64,000 nt of DNA from an uncultured Actinomycetota bacterium (GTDB lineage: Bacteria > Actinomycetota > Actinomycetes > JAHEKZ01), in assembly GCA_963829525.1 (NCBI GenBank), contig CAWHIJ010000003.1, positions 1,120,001 to 1,184,000 on the forward strand, written 5' to 3'. The position numbers were made by a program, and so were the translations under genes. A model generated the notes under the pieces. It was not told where the DNA came from. It saw nothing but the letters and a program-made list of their open reading frames with translations, and ran no database searches. Shown here in pieces: positions 9,434-22,483 of this stretch. How positions within the stretch are numbered: the first letter of the stretch is position 1; each line of letters begins with the position of its first letter.

Positions 9434-11050
9434 TCAGGGCGGCGGTGGAGCACTCAGACCATGAGTGGAGCGATCCTTGAGAATCTGCTGACTTGCCAGG
9501 CGCGCGGGAGCACCCGTTACGCAACCACCGGGGTGAGTACCCGAGCCGCACTGGTAGTAGCCCTCGATCGGGGTTCTGTACTGGCTCCACCCGGGTGCTG
9601 GCCGGAAGAAGTAGATTTGCGGCAACAGGTAGTCGCCGGCGTAGATGTTGCCCTCGGACAGGCCCACGACACGCTCGATGTCGAGCGGTGTCACCACCTC
9701 GCGGTGAAGGACGAGATCGCTGAAACCCGGGAAGAACTCCTCGATCGTCCGCTGCACCGTGTCACCGAGGTTGTTGCGCTCGGTGTCCCAGTCGCTGCCC
9801 TTGAGGTGGTACGGCGCATAGGAGACGAAGCACGACATGACGTGCTTGCCGGGAGGGGCCATGTCGGGGTCGAGGAAGGTCTGAAAGCAGGTGTCGAGGT
9901 ACGGACGCTCGCTGTACCAGCCGTACTTGGATGCGTCGTACGCCCGCTCGAGGTACTCGATGGACGGGGAGAAGCTGACGAAGCCGCGGAGGTGGTCGGT
10001 GCGGTCGCCCATGGCCGGGTAGCGCGGGTGGCTGTCGAGGGCGAAGTTGACCTTGGCGCTGGTCCCGTTGAACTGGAACCGATTGATGCTCTCCAGCAGA
10101 TCACTGGGCAGTTCGCGCGGATCAACGAGCTTCGTAAACGTCTGGCGCGGGTCTAGCGCGCTGACTACGACGTCGGCGTGGAACTCGGTTCCGTCCGTGA
10201 GTACGACGCCGACCACCTTGCCGTTCCTGGTCAGTACGTGGTCAACGCGCGAGTTCAGGCGTATGTCGGCGCCGAACGACTCAGCCGCTCGACCGAGCAG
10301 CTGGGTGAATCCGCCGTTGCCGCCCTTGTGGAACGACCATGAGCCGAGGTGACCGTCGTGCTCACCCAGCATCTGCATCAACCAGACCAGACCGGAGCCC
10401 GCTGACATCGGGCCGACCTTGGTGCCGGTCGTGGACGACGCGGCCAGGTAACCCTTGAGGATCTCGCTCTCGAAGTAGCCGTCGAGGAAGTCCGCGACGC
10501 TGCCGGTGATGATCCGGACTGCGTCATGGATGACCTTCTTCGCTGCCGACCCGAGGTGGCCCAGCAGCCACGCGACGTCGCGGGCGTCCTCGGCGGTCCT
10601 CCCGAAGATGTCGGGCGGCATCCGGTCGGACAGCGGGTAAAGAAGCTGGAGGACACGTGCTAGGTCGTGCTCGTAACGGTCCATGGCGTCGGCGTCTCGC
10701 TTGGAGTGCCGCATGATCTCGCGGATGTTCTCGTCACGGTCAGGGCCGAGGAGCAGGTAGTCGCCGTTCTCCATCGGGGCGAACGTGGTCGGCATGTAGA
10801 TGGGGTTGAACCCGAACTTCACCAGCTCAAGCTCCCGAATGACCTCGGGACGGACCAAACTCATCGCGTAGGAGAACGTCGTGAAGCTGAAGCCCTGGTA
10901 GAGCTCCTCGGTGATGGCAGCGCCACCAACAAGGTGTCGCTGCTCGAGGATCAGCGTCTTCAGTCCCGCCTTGGCGAGGTAGGCGCCGTTGACGAGGCCG
11001 TTGTGACCTCCTCCGACAACGATCGCGTCGTAGCGGTGGGCGTCGCTCAT
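9434..11050 (-). CDS. FAD-dependent oxidoreductase, phytoene-dehydrogenase superfamily (PYROXD2-like)
   Basis: GGGHNGL Rossmann motif, VGGAAITEE, C-terminal YQCGSGTHPGGCVTGAP. Confidence 0.88.
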   Translation of the reverse strand: MSDAHRYDAIVVGGGHNGLVNGAYLAKAGLKTLILEQRHLVGGAAITEELYQGFSFTTFSYAMSLVRPEVIRELELVKFGFNPIYMPTTFAPMENGDYLLLGPDRDENIREIMRHSKRDADAMDRYEHDLARVLQLLYPLSDRMPPDIFGRTAEDARDVAWLLGHLGSAAKKVIHDAVRIITGSVADFLDGYFESEILKGYLAASSTTGTKVGPMSAGSGLVWLMQMLGEHDGHLGSWSFHKGGNGGFTQLLGRAAESFGADIRLNSRVDHVLTRNGKVVGVVLTDGTEFHADVVVSALDPRQTFTKLVDPRELPSDLLESINRFQFNGTSAKVNFALDSHPRYPAMGDRTDHLRGFVSFSPSIEYLERAYDASKYGWYSERPYLDTCFQTFLDPDMAPPGKHVMSCFVSYAPYHLKGSDWDTERNNLGDTVQRTIEEFFPGFSDLVLHREVVTPLDIERVVGLSEGNIYAGDYLLPQIYFFRPAPGWSQYRTPIEGYYQCGSGTHPGGCVTGAPARLASQQILKDRSTHGLSAPPPP

Positions 11051-11315
11051 GGATGAGGGTCTTTCGCTGGAGATTGACGAGGGCAGTCGCATCACAATGG
11101 CAGGTCGTCGCAGTCAAAGCACGGAGGAAGTGGACAAGCAGCAGAAATCGAGAAGCGAACGCAGTTCGATGGGGGCCACTACTTCCGGAAGTCGCAACAT
11201 CCACTTCCACGGTGCACTCAAAGCTCTTGAGGGAAGCCTCAGGACATCTGTCTCGTTCTGAGCCACGACCGATGCGAGCTCCTCAGGGCCATTCGCTCTG
11301 GGTGTGTTGGGAGGG

Positions 11316-12029
11316 TCAGCCGCCCGCCAGGAATGGGTCGCAGAACCAGAGGTTCGACGGCGCTGATGGGTAGCCGCCGTTCTGCCAGGTGTAGGCAAAC
11401 ATCGTGTTCCAGCCCCCCGGCGGGATGAGTTCTGAGCAGATTGCAACGGCCTCGGGTTGTGTGTCCGCGGTAACGATCTCAACAGTGAGGATCGGGTCCC
11501 CGGTGCACGTGCCGTCCTTCGACGCGTAAAAGGCGCCGTTACCCACTGTGTTCTCGGGACCGATGTACTTCACGTCTTCCGTTATCTGTCCGTCGTAGAA
11601 GCCCGCCCAGCACTGGCCGAACGCGGCACCCTGACTGGTGACTGAGTAGACCGTGACGTAGGAGATGTTTCGAGGAACTCCATTGGCGTTGGTGATGGTC
11701 GTGTTTGCCCCCAAGATGCCCGAGCCCGCTTGCGTCCGGGTCCCCGCCTTCAGGCACCACGCCGCGTCGGTCAGCGTGGTCGATCCATCGATTGGCGCGA
11801 TGGAAAGTGTCGATGCCATCACTCTCACCGTGACCGGAATCTTGTCGCCGGTGCGTGTGTCGACTACAGATACCGTGGCTGGGCTGTCGCTGGCGCTGAC
11901 CTTCGCACCGCCCTTCGGACACTGAGCGGAGGTTGCCCCTTGCGCGGCCGACCACGGTGTGAGGGCCAGTGCGAACAGCAGCCCCAGCGCCGCCACAACC
12001 ACACTCCGGTAGCGAATGTTCTGGACCAT
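11316..12029 (-). CDS. Secreted Cys-containing hypothetical protein
   Basis: Signal-peptide-like N-terminus (RYRSVVVAALGLLFALALTPWSAAQG), SD AAAGGAG, several Cys. Confidence 0.7.
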   Translation of the reverse strand: MVQNIRYRSVVVAALGLLFALALTPWSAAQGATSAQCPKGGAKVSASDSPATVSVVDTRTGDKIPVTVRVMASTLSIAPIDGSTTLTDAAWCLKAGTRTQAGSGILGANTTITNANGVPRNISYVTVYSVTSQGAAFGQCWAGFYDGQITEDVKYIGPENTVGNGAFYASKDGTCTGDPILTVEIVTADTQPEAVAICSELIPPGGWNTMFAYTWQNGGYPSAPSNLWFCDPFLAGG

Positions 12030-12322
12030 CGGTACCACTCTCCTTTGCGACCAGCCCATCTACGCCCGAAGCGCCCAAGCGGAGACTATTTGATCTCCGC
12101 CGACCACAGAAGGGTTTCCATCGTGCCAACCACCTTGTCGCTTGGTTTTCGGTTCTCGAGCGAACGTGGTTGATCTAGCTGTGGAAGCTGGTGAGAAGCA
12201 AAACGTCAGTCGCTGCTTGAGGGGTTTCGCGATGTGTGTGCTTCTGAAGGAGACCAGCGTGTCGGTAGGAACTCCCGTCGTCTTGGGGTGAGGATCGGTA
12301 CAGGACCAATGTGCGAGGGAGA

Positions 12323-13465
12323 ATGACCGTGGCTGGCGACATCACAGACCTGACCGAGCTGGCGTTCGAGGGTGGGACGCCTTTGACGACAACACCGGTC
12401 CTCGGGACACCCCCCGCGGCACTGGCCCCAACGTTGGAGCCAGGGGTCGAGACGGTGCGAGATGGCGACATCCGGGTCACGGTGCTGGGATCGGGGGACC
12501 CGTTCGTGAAGAAGAGCCAGGCATCTGCGTCCTTGCTGATTGAGGTGGGCAACCCAGAGCGGGACTTGTTCTTCTTCGATCTCGGGTCGGGGGCTTTGGC
12601 GAACTACAACGGACTCGGGCTACCGGTGACGGCGACCACGAAGGTCTTCCTGACGCACCTGCATGCCGACCACGTAGGCGATATGCCAACGCTGGTGTGG
12701 AGCCTGGCCAAGGGCGGCCGCCGCGACCCAGTCGAGGTCTGGGGGCCGGCCGGAGATGCCCCTGAGCTCGGCACCCGGTCATACACCCAACATCTCGAGG
12801 CGGCTCACGCCTGGGACATGCAGTCACTGCGCGGTCACCCCGGCCAGTCTGGCGCACACATGGAGACCACCGAGGTGCCGTGGGACCGGACCGCGACCGT
12901 CTACCAGCGCAACGGCATACAGATCTCGTCGTTCCCCGTGATCCACATCCTCAACGGGTCGGTGGGGTATCGGCTGGACTACAACGGCCGCAGCGTGGTG
13001 TTCTCCGGTGACACCCGCCCCTGTCACCCCCTGGTCGAGGCGTGCGACGGCGCCGACCTCCTCATCCACGAGACGTTTCCCTCCGCCCCGGTGTTCGCCC
13101 AGAAGGCCGGGGTTCCGCTGGGGTTCGCCGAACAGGTTGTCAACGGCTCGCACACCAGCCCCCTCATGGCCGGCAAAGTGTTCGCTCGAGCCGGAGCGAG
13201 GATGTCAGTGATGTGGCACTTCGCCGTCGACCACGAGACCGTCGGTCCGGCCTACGCCGACATGCGCTCTCAGTATGACGGGCCGGTCACCATCGCTCAG
13301 GACCTCACGACGTTCGACATCAGTACCGACGCCTTCGTCACACGACAGGCGATCATCGACCCGGCGGCGTGGCCGGTGCTCGGCCCGACCAAGGTTTTGG
13401 GGCCGCCGATGTCAGCACCTCCCGAGCCACCAGCCTGGTGGGCCGACGCACTCATCACAGACTGA
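12323..13465 (+). CDS. MBL-fold metallo-hydrolase, RNase Z/arylsulfatase-like (GntH-like family)
   Basis: LGSGDP, FFDLGSG, THLHADHVGD, FSGDT, LIHETF, HTSP. Confidence 0.85.
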   Translation: MTVAGDITDLTELAFEGGTPLTTTPVLGTPPAALAPTLEPGVETVRDGDIRVTVLGSGDPFVKKSQASASLLIEVGNPERDLFFFDLGSGALANYNGLGLPVTATTKVFLTHLHADHVGDMPTLVWSLAKGGRRDPVEVWGPAGDAPELGTRSYTQHLEAAHAWDMQSLRGHPGQSGAHMETTEVPWDRTATVYQRNGIQISSFPVIHILNGSVGYRLDYNGRSVVFSGDTRPCHPLVEACDGADLLIHETFPSAPVFAQKAGVPLGFAEQVVNGSHTSPLMAGKVFARAGARMSVMWHFAVDHETVGPAYADMRSQYDGPVTIAQDLTTFDISTDAFVTRQAIIDPAAWPVLGPTKVLGPPMSAPPEPPAWWADALITD

Positions 13466-13627
13466 TCGCACGCATTCGCCCATTTCGCAGGTTTACTCCT
13501 GGGTGAGTGATCACGGCATGGGCACGTCGCCGGCGATCAGTAAGGCGTGCCATAGGGCCCTCCCTTCTCGCAGCCTGGCGTTACATGATGACCACGTACG
13601 AATGTGATCCAGTGATGCGGAGGGCAC

Positions 13628-14074
13628 GTGCCGTCTGTGCGCGACTTCCTCGAGCGGCTGCGTCCCAGTGGGACGCCAGGTGCCGCGACGGTCTCGGCCG
13701 TGCCTGCCGACCGCGTGGGGGAGCGATCCGCCGAGCTCGAGCCGGTACTGGCTCGGCTGCAGGCCGTGCAGGCCCAGGCATCTGCCATCCGAGACAGGGC
13801 CGAGGTCGTGGCGCAGCAGCGGAAGGACGCGGCGGCCGAGGAGGCTCGCGCGATCGTGGCAGCGGCACATCGTGAGGCCGAGGCGGAGCGGCAATCGGCG
13901 ACGGCCACAACGCGTGCCCGGGCCGAGTCGGAGTCGCGTGACCTCCTTGTGGACGCGGCCCGAGAGGCCTCAGCGGTAGCCCAGACCGCCAGCAACCGCC
14001 AGTCGAGCTTCGCCGACCGCGTGCTGTCGCGGGCGCGGGCCGACATCGCCGACATCATTGGTAGTGCGCCGTGA
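13628..14074 (+). CDS. Probable V/A-type ATPase peripheral stalk subunit (G/H-like)
   Basis: Ala/Arg/Glu-rich coiled coil; first gene of the operon, GTGA overlap with the next gene. Confidence 0.55.
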   Translation: MPSVRDFLERLRPSGTPGAATVSAVPADRVGERSAELEPVLARLQAVQAQASAIRDRAEVVAQQRKDAAAEEARAIVAAAHREAEAERQSATATTRARAESESRDLLVDAAREASAVAQTASNRQSSFADRVLSRARADIADIIGSAP

Positions 14075-14992
14075 GTGCGGGATGGGTCGCCAGCGGGGTC
14101 CGGGCGCGTGCGATGTCAGGCCGCCGAGTGGGAGCTGCTGCTGCCCGCCAGCTTGCATCGGTGCCTGGACTGGCCGAAGCGGTGGACGAGCTCGCCGGGA
14201 CGCCGTATGGGCACGTAGTTCGGCCGGGTCAGACGCTCGCCGAGGCACAGCACGCGGTCTCGGCAACTTTGTTGTGGCATCTGCGAGTACTCGGTGGATG
14301 GGTGCCGCACGGTGACGCCCGGATCCTGCGGGTACTGGCCGGCGGATTCGAGATCGCCAATACCGACGAGAGGTTGCGCGAGCTGGGTGGGGCCGCGGCC
14401 GAACCCGCCTTTCAGCTGGGAACGCTGAGCACGGCGTGGAACCGCATCGCGTTGGCACGGTCACCCGCACATGTTCGCGAGGCTCTCACCAGGTCGGTCT
14501 GGGGAGATCCTGGCGCCGAGACCGCCGCCGCCGTGCATCTCGGAATGCGGCTGTCCTGGGCTGCCCGTGTCACTGCCGCCGTGCCGGATGCTCGCCCGTG
14601 GGCCGGAGGAGCGGCTGCGCTTCTCCTGGCTCGTGAGGTGGTCCTGGCGGGGCGGCGACCGACCGCCGAGGCGGTGCGGGTCGCCGGGTCGTTGCTCGGT
14701 TCGACCTGGGTCGCTGCGACCTCGGTGGCGAGTCTTAGGGCGGCGCTGCCGCACCCTGCTCGCTGGGCTCTGGACGCTGTCCAGGACCCGACCGATCTGT
14801 GGCGGGCGGAGGCGGCTTGGTGGTTGCGGGTGGAGCGGGACGGCTTCGCACTGCTGCGCGGGCCCGTCACGACCGCCGCGCCGGTGATCGGAATGGCGGC
14901 GGTCCTTGCGGCGGACGCTTGGCGGGTGCGCGCCGCATTGGCCGTGGCCGCCCGCGGAGGCGCACTGACGCCCGAGGCTCTGGAGGCGTTCG

Positions 14993-15006
<14 letters not shown>
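14071..15006 (+). CDS. atpC: V/A-type ATPase subunit C (d/AC39-like), divergent
   Basis: 311 aa with N-terminal RARAM..R and LAGTPYG pattern; lies just before subunit I. Confidence 0.6.
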
Positions 15007-17061
<2,055 letters not shown>

Positions 17062-17065
<4 letters not shown>

Positions 17066-17589
17066 CGATTCGTGCCTCCGACCTCCAGGTTGATCCGCTC
17101 GCCGTGGTTCGGGGAGCTCTCCTCGACAACGCCCGCCGTGACGCCGCCGCCACCGTCGCGGACGCCGATGCCGCCGCCGCCTCGATCGTGGCCCAAGCGC
17201 GTGCGGAGGCAAATGCGCTGCTGACTGAGGCTCGATCCCGAGGGGAGGCCGATGGAGCCGTGGTGCTCGCGGCGGAGCGGTCCCGATCTGCCCGCGAGGC
17301 GCGTGGCTTGGTGCTGGCCGAGCGTCGGGCTGCCTACGATTCACTGCGCCAGCGAGCCCGCGACCTGGTCTCCGCGCTGCGCGAGGACCCTTCTTACCCG
17401 GCTCTGCTCGAGGCGCTGCGCCAGCGGGTGTCTCAGGAACTTGGCCCCGACGCAACAATGCGTGAGCACGAACGAGGCGGCATCGTCGGGGAGTCCGAGG
17501 GGCGACGCGTGGTGTACACACTGGACGACCTCGCCGACGGCATCGTCGACCAGCTCGGCGACGATCTCGATGGGCTCTGGGCGTCGTGA
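17062..17589 (+). CDS. atpE: V/A-type ATPase subunit E
   Basis: Helical N-terminus plus C-terminal GGIVGESEGRRVVYTL; operon position. Confidence 0.75.
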
Positions 17590-19346
17590 CCGACCAGGGC
17601 CTGAGGGCCGCCACGACACAGGGACGGATCGTCCGGGTGAACGGTCCACTTGTCGAGGTCGAAGGACTTGTTGGTGCAGCGATGTCGGAGGTGGTCGAGC
17701 TCGGCCCGCTGTCCATACCCGGGGAACTGGTCGCCTACTCCGACGGCGTCGCGACCATCCAGGCGTACGAGTACACCGGGGGCTTGGGACCTGGGACGGT
17801 GGCCGTTGCGCAGGGTGAGCCGCTGTCGGCACCGCTCGGACCGCACCTGCTTGGTGGGGTCTTCGACGGTCTGCTACGACCGCTGTCCGGAGCAGGGACA
17901 TGGCTGACCCCGGGGGCTGCCCAACCGACCGACTCCCGAACGTGGGCGTTCGAACCGGAGGTGCTCCCCGGTGGCCACGTCGTCGCCGGCGACACGGTGG
18001 GACTGGTGCACGGAGACGGATCGTTGCCGCTGCGTGTGCTCGTTCCACCAGGTGTCGAGGGCTCCGTCGACGTGCTCGCCCCGTCTGGCGAGTACGGAGC
18101 CGACGCCAGACTGGCGGTCATCGGTGGGGACCCGATCGGGATGACGCAGCGGTGGCCGGTGCGCCGTCCTCGTCCCTACCGCAGTCGGGTCGACGGAAGT
18201 GAGCCGCTGGTGACCGGACAGCGTGTACTCGATCTGCTGTACCCGGTGGCCCTCGGCAGCACAGCCGCAGTTCCCGGGGGCTTTGGCACCGGCAAAACCG
18301 TGCTGCTGCAGCAGGTTGCCAAGTGGTGCACCGCCGACGTCATCGTGTACGTGGGGTGCGGGGAACGCGGCAACGAGATGGCCGACGTCGTCGCCGAGAT
18401 CGCTGAACTGGTGGACCCGCGCACCGGCGGGCGGTTGGCGAACCGGACCGTTGTCGTGGCGAACACCTCAAACATGCCGATGATGGCCCGCGAGTCCAGC
18501 GTCTATGCCGGCATGACGGTGGCGGAGTACTTCCGCGACATGGGGCTGAACGCGGTGGTGATCGCCGACTCGACCTCGCGGTGGGCTGAGGCGTTGCGTG
18601 AGTTCGCGTCTCGCTCCGGCGCGCTGCCCGCGGAAGAGGGTTACCCCGCCGGGCTCGGATCAGCGTTGGCTGCGTTCTACGAACGGGCCGGACACGTCGT
18701 CACGCTGGGAGGAGCCCGGGGCTCGGTGACGGTGATCGGCGCGATCTCCCCGCAGGGAGGTGACGTCACCGAGCCGGTGACGGCCAACACCGAACGGTTC
18801 GTGCGCAGCGTGTGGTCACTCGATCGCGACCTGGCCTATGCCCGTCACTACCCGGCCGTGTCGTGGACGACATCGTTCTCCCGGGATGCCGCGTTGATCG
18901 GCGCGTGGCACGCGGGGAAGGGCAACCCGGAGTGGGCGCGCCGGCGGGGTCGGGTTCTTGGCTTGGTCGCCGATGCCGACCGGTTGGCCGCGCTCGCCGA
19001 CCTCGTCGGCGTGGCCTCGCTGCCCGGAGCCGAGCGAATGGTCTTGATCGCCGGCAGGCTGCTCCGCGAGGCGGTCCTGCAGCAGAGCGCACTGTCGGCC
19101 GCCGACGCATCGTGCTCGCCGGAGAAGGGGGCCGCACTCGTCGATGCCGTGCTCACCGTGCTCGACCGCTGCCAAGGTTTGGTCGAGCGGGGGGTGCTGG
19201 CCTCCTTGGTGGAGAACGTCGATTGGGGACCACTGATGCGTGCACGCGATGAGACTGCGTCCACCGACGTCGCCGGCGTCGAGGCACGGCGCGACACCGT
19301 CCTGGCAACTCTGGACCAGCTCGTACCGGGCGAGGTCGAGTCATGA
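17586..19346 (+). CDS. atpA: V/A-type ATPase catalytic subunit A
   Basis: [44 protein letters not shown]. Confidence 0.96.
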   Translation: MTDQGLRAATTQGRIVRVNGPLVEVEGLVGAAMSEVVELGPLSIPGELVAYSDGVATIQAYEYTGGLGPGTVAVAQGEPLSAPLGPHLLGGVFDGLLRPLSGAGTWLTPGAAQPTDSRTWAFEPEVLPGGHVVAGDTVGLVHGDGSLPLRVLVPPGVEGSVDVLAPSGEYGADARLAVIGGDPIGMTQRWPVRRPRPYRSRVDGSEPLVTGQRVLDLLYPVALGSTAAVPGGFGTGKTVLLQQVAKWCTADVIVYVGCGERGNEMADVVAEIAELVDPRTGGRLANRTVVVANTSNMPMMARESSVYAGMTVAEYFRDMGLNAVVIADSTSRWAEALREFASRSGALPAEEGYPAGLGSALAAFYERAGHVVTLGGARGSVTVIGAISPQGGDVTEPVTANTERFVRSVWSLDRDLAYARHYPAVSWTTSFSRDAALIGAWHAGKGNPEWARRRGRVLGLVADADRLAALADLVGVASLPGAERMVLIAGRLLREAVLQQSALSAADASCSPEKGAALVDAVLTVLDRCQGLVERGVLASLVENVDWGPLMRARDETASTDVAGVEARRDTVLATLDQLVPGEVES

Positions 19347-20746
19347 CCGGCTGGGGAGTCGTCGAGCACGCATCGATCGGGGAGCTGCGCGGTCCGCTGA
19401 TCGTGGTGCAGGATGTCGACGGAGTCGGCTGGGACGAGTTCGTGACGGTGCGCGTCGCCGGCGCAGCGGACCGTCACGGGGTGGTCCTCGAGGTCGACCG
19501 TGACCTTGCTGTCGTCCAGGTGCTCGAAGGCACCCAGGGTCTGAACCCCCACCAGACCCGGGTGCGGTTCAGCGGGGCGCCGTTGCGGGTACCGGTGGGA
19601 GAAGGATGGCTAGGGCGCGTCTGCAACGGACGGGGCTCGCCGCTCGACGGAGGACCGCCGGTCCTGGGGAGTGCGTCGGAGCTCACGACGGGAGCTCCGC
19701 TGAACCCGCTGATGCGCGAACCACCCGCGGATCCGGTCCTCACCGGAATCTCGGCCATTGACGGAATGGCGACTCTGGTGCGCGGGCAGAAGCTGGCGGT
19801 GTTCTCGGTCGCAGGGCTTCCGCACCTGGAGCTGGCCACGCAGATTGCCGCGCAGGCCACCGCTGGGGACGACCCATTCTGCGTGGTCTTCGCGGGGATG
19901 GGGCTGACCCACGCAGACGCCTCAGCGGCACGCGACGTACTCGACGAACGCTCCCGGGCCGGCGAGCTCGTGCTCCTTCTGAACTCCGCCGACGACCCAG
20001 TCATCGAGCGCATCCTGACCCCGCGGATCGCGCTCACCGTCGCTGAGCACCTGGCTTTCACAACCGGACGGCACGTCTTGGTGGTCATGGCCGACATGAC
20101 GAGCTACGCCGAAGCGCTGCGTGAGGTGTCCGCGGCCCGGGGGGAGATACCGGCGCGGCGCGCCTACCCCGGCTACATGTACAGCGACCTTGCATCGCTG
20201 TACGAACGCTGCGGGCGGGTGCGCGGACTTCCAGGCTCGGTCACCGTCCTTCCTGTGCTCACCATGCCCGCTGGTGACATCACGCACCCGGTGCCCGACC
20301 TCACCGGCTACATCACCGAGGGCCAGCTCGTGCTGGCAGCCGATATTCATGCCCGCGGTGTCTACCCGCCGATCGATCCGCTGGACTCACTCTCCCGGCT
20401 GATGCGCAACGGTGCCGGCCCGGGGCGCACGCGCAAGGACCACCTCGACCTCGCCGCACAGCTTCTCGCTGCCCTGGCGCGAGCCCGCCAGGCGGGGGAG
20501 CTGTCGGACATGGTGGGGACTGATGCGCTGAGTGGCACCGACCGGCAGTACCTGGACTACCAGAAGGCGTTCGAGCACCGCTTGCTCGACCAGGGGCGTG
20601 CCGAGGACCGAAGCCTTGACCAGACCCTGGACCTGGCCTGGCAAATCCTCGGCGAGCTGCCGCGACGCGAGCTCACCATGCTCCCCGCCACGCTCGTCGC
20701 CGAGCACGACGCGTCTCGAGATGCCGAGCGGGGGAGAGCACCATGA
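19343..20746 (+). CDS. atpB: V/A-type ATPase subunit B
   Basis: TGISAIDG, RGQKL..FS..GLPH, YPGYMYSDLASLYER, THPVPDLTGYITEGQ. Confidence 0.96.
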   Translation: MTGWGVVEHASIGELRGPLIVVQDVDGVGWDEFVTVRVAGAADRHGVVLEVDRDLAVVQVLEGTQGLNPHQTRVRFSGAPLRVPVGEGWLGRVCNGRGSPLDGGPPVLGSASELTTGAPLNPLMREPPADPVLTGISAIDGMATLVRGQKLAVFSVAGLPHLELATQIAAQATAGDDPFCVVFAGMGLTHADASAARDVLDERSRAGELVLLLNSADDPVIERILTPRIALTVAEHLAFTTGRHVLVVMADMTSYAEALREVSAARGEIPARRAYPGYMYSDLASLYERCGRVRGLPGSVTVLPVLTMPAGDITHPVPDLTGYITEGQLVLAADIHARGVYPPIDPLDSLSRLMRNGAGPGRTRKDHLDLAAQLLAALARARQAGELSDMVGTDALSGTDRQYLDYQKAFEHRLLDQGRAEDRSLDQTLDLAWQILGELPRRELTMLPATLVAEHDASRDAERGRAP

Positions 20747-21375
20747 CTGCAAAACTGCGGGGTCTGCCACCGGGGCGCGCCGGCCGGGTGTGGCTGCGGC
20801 GACGGCTCGTCGTGGCTGCGCGTGGAGCGGACCTCCTCGAACGCAAGCTGCGCATTATCGTTGGCGAGGAACAGAGCTTCGCCCTCCTGGCCGAGCGAAC
20901 CAAGGTCGAGTGGGACGACGCTGTGCGCAACCTCGAGCAATGGACCCTGCGGGCTTCGCTGCTCAGCGGCGAGCGAGGGTTGCGGCTAGCCGGCGACGAT
21001 TCGCACGCTGAAGTCGAGGTGGTTTGGCGGCTGACGATGGGAGTGCGGTATCCCGCGGGGGGCACCTGTCAGCTGCCTGCCCGATCATTGTCGCGAGCGG
21101 TTCCGGACAACACTGCGTTGGTACATGCCGCCGCCGCCGCCGAACGGGCGGTGCGCGCCGGGGTCGACCACGCGGTCGCTGTCGCCGCGCTAGCTGCAAT
21201 GCAGGAGGAGATCGCCTCAACTCGGCGCCAGCTGCGAGCGGTGCGTGACCGATGGATCCCACGGTTAGAAGCGGCCCATCGCGCGGTGACTGTCGCGCTG
21301 GACGACCAGGAGCACGACGAGGGAATCCGTCTGCGTTGGGCGGCCGAGCTGACTCCACGAAGGGCGATTCGATGA
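20743..21375 (+). CDS. atpD: V/A-type ATPase subunit D
   Basis: LVVAARGADLLERK, MGVRYP, EEIASTRRQLRAV...IPRLE. Confidence 0.88.
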   Translation: MTAKLRGLPPGRAGRVWLRRRLVVAARGADLLERKLRIIVGEEQSFALLAERTKVEWDDAVRNLEQWTLRASLLSGERGLRLAGDDSHAEVEVVWRLTMGVRYPAGGTCQLPARSLSRAVPDNTALVHAAAAAERAVRAGVDHAVAVAALAAMQEEIASTRRQLRAVRDRWIPRLEAAHRAVTVALDDQEHDEGIRLRWAAELTPRRAIR

Positions 21376-21836
21376 AGAACATCCTGCTTGCTGTCGACGA
21401 CTCACCAGCGAGTCTGGCAGCGGCTCAGTTGGCGGTGCGGTTGGTCTCTGAGTGGGCGGGGCGGCTTCGAGCCGTGCACGTCCTGGTCGATGGGGCGTTG
21501 GAAGCTGTGCTCGAGCGCGAAGCCTCCAGCGGTGGAGTTCATGGGCGCCGAGCTCGTGGGGCCAACGCTGTCCTCGCGTTCGTCGCGGACCTCGCAGATC
21601 ACGCCGGTGTCCCCGTGGAAACGACGGTGGTCGCGGGAGAGCCGGCCCGGAGCATCCTGGCCGAGGCCCACGGCTGGCCAGCCGAGCTCATCGTCCTGGG
21701 TGGTGCCGGACGTGGGCTTGATGGTGAGCCGTACATTGGGTCAGCGGTGAGTCGGGTTCTGGAGTTCGCAGATGTGCCGGTCTTGGTGGTGCCGCCCGGT
21801 GGTCGGCCTTCGCAAGACGCACACGCCCGCGCCTGA
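21372..21836 (+). CDS. Universal stress protein (UspA family)
   Basis: MKNILLAVDDS, ELIVLG, IGSAVSRVL...VPVLVVP; ATGA overlap with atpD. Confidence 0.9.
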   Translation: MKNILLAVDDSPASLAAAQLAVRLVSEWAGRLRAVHVLVDGALEAVLEREASSGGVHGRRARGANAVLAFVADLADHAGVPVETTVVAGEPARSILAEAHGWPAELIVLGGAGRGLDGEPYIGSAVSRVLEFADVPVLVVPPGGRPSQDAHARA

Positions 21837-21875
21837 CATGGTGGAATGCAGGCATTCGTATGGATGGAGAACACC

Positions 21876-22439
21876 ATGACCACACTCACAGATCGGCAGC
21901 GGACAGCGCTGCTCGTCATCGACATGCAGAACGGAGTCATCGGGGAGGCGCACGAGCGGGATCGCGTCGTCGCAAACGTCGCCGTCCTTGTCGACAAAGC
22001 GCGGGCGGAGCAGGTGCCCGTGGTCTGGGTGGCCCACTCCGACGAGGGCGGTATGCCGCAGGGATCGCAGGCCTGGCAATACGTCGACGAACTCCGCCGC
22101 GACGAGTCCGAGCCGTTGGTGCACAAGACCTTCGCCGACTCATTCGAGGACACCGACCTCGAGGCGGTGCTCGCCGGCCTCAAGGTCGGTCGGTTGTTCG
22201 TCGCTGGCGCGCAGACCGACGAGTGCATCCGGTCAACCCTGCACGGGGCGATCGTTCGAGGCTACGACGCGACCCTGGTGGCTGACGCGCACACCACCGA
22301 GGACCTCAGCGAGTGGGGTGCGCCGCCGCCAGACCAGGTCATCTCGCATACAAACATGTACTGGTCTGGCCACCGGGCACCCGGCCGGACGGCTGGCACG
22401 ATCAACACCGCCGACGTGGACTTCATGGCCCAGGGCTGA
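21876..22439 (+). CDS. Isochorismatase-family cysteine hydrolase
   Basis: TALLVIDMQ, HKTFADSF, GAQTDECI, ADAHTT. Confidence 0.9.
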   Translation: MTTLTDRQRTALLVIDMQNGVIGEAHERDRVVANVAVLVDKARAEQVPVVWVAHSDEGGMPQGSQAWQYVDELRRDESEPLVHKTFADSFEDTDLEAVLAGLKVGRLFVAGAQTDECIRSTLHGAIVRGYDATLVADAHTTEDLSEWGAPPPDQVISHTNMYWSGHRAPGRTAGTINTADVDFMAQG

Positions 22440-22483
22440 AAGCGACCTGCCTCGGCCTTGTCGGATGCATCGCGATCAACGAC

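Noticed and set aside
9434-11050. Phytoene desaturase / carotenoid cluster
   Set aside because: No crtB or crtE nearby; the motifs fit the PYROXD2-like branch.
11181-11192. 12-bp palindrome ACTTCCGGAAGT upstream of the FAD oxidoreductase
   Set aside because: Could be an operator, but it is a single short instance with no regulator in the window.
12323-13465. Guanitoxin biosynthesis or true RNase Z
   Set aside because: Only family-level similarity; no other gnt genes, and the long extensions are unlike tRNA-processing RNase Z.
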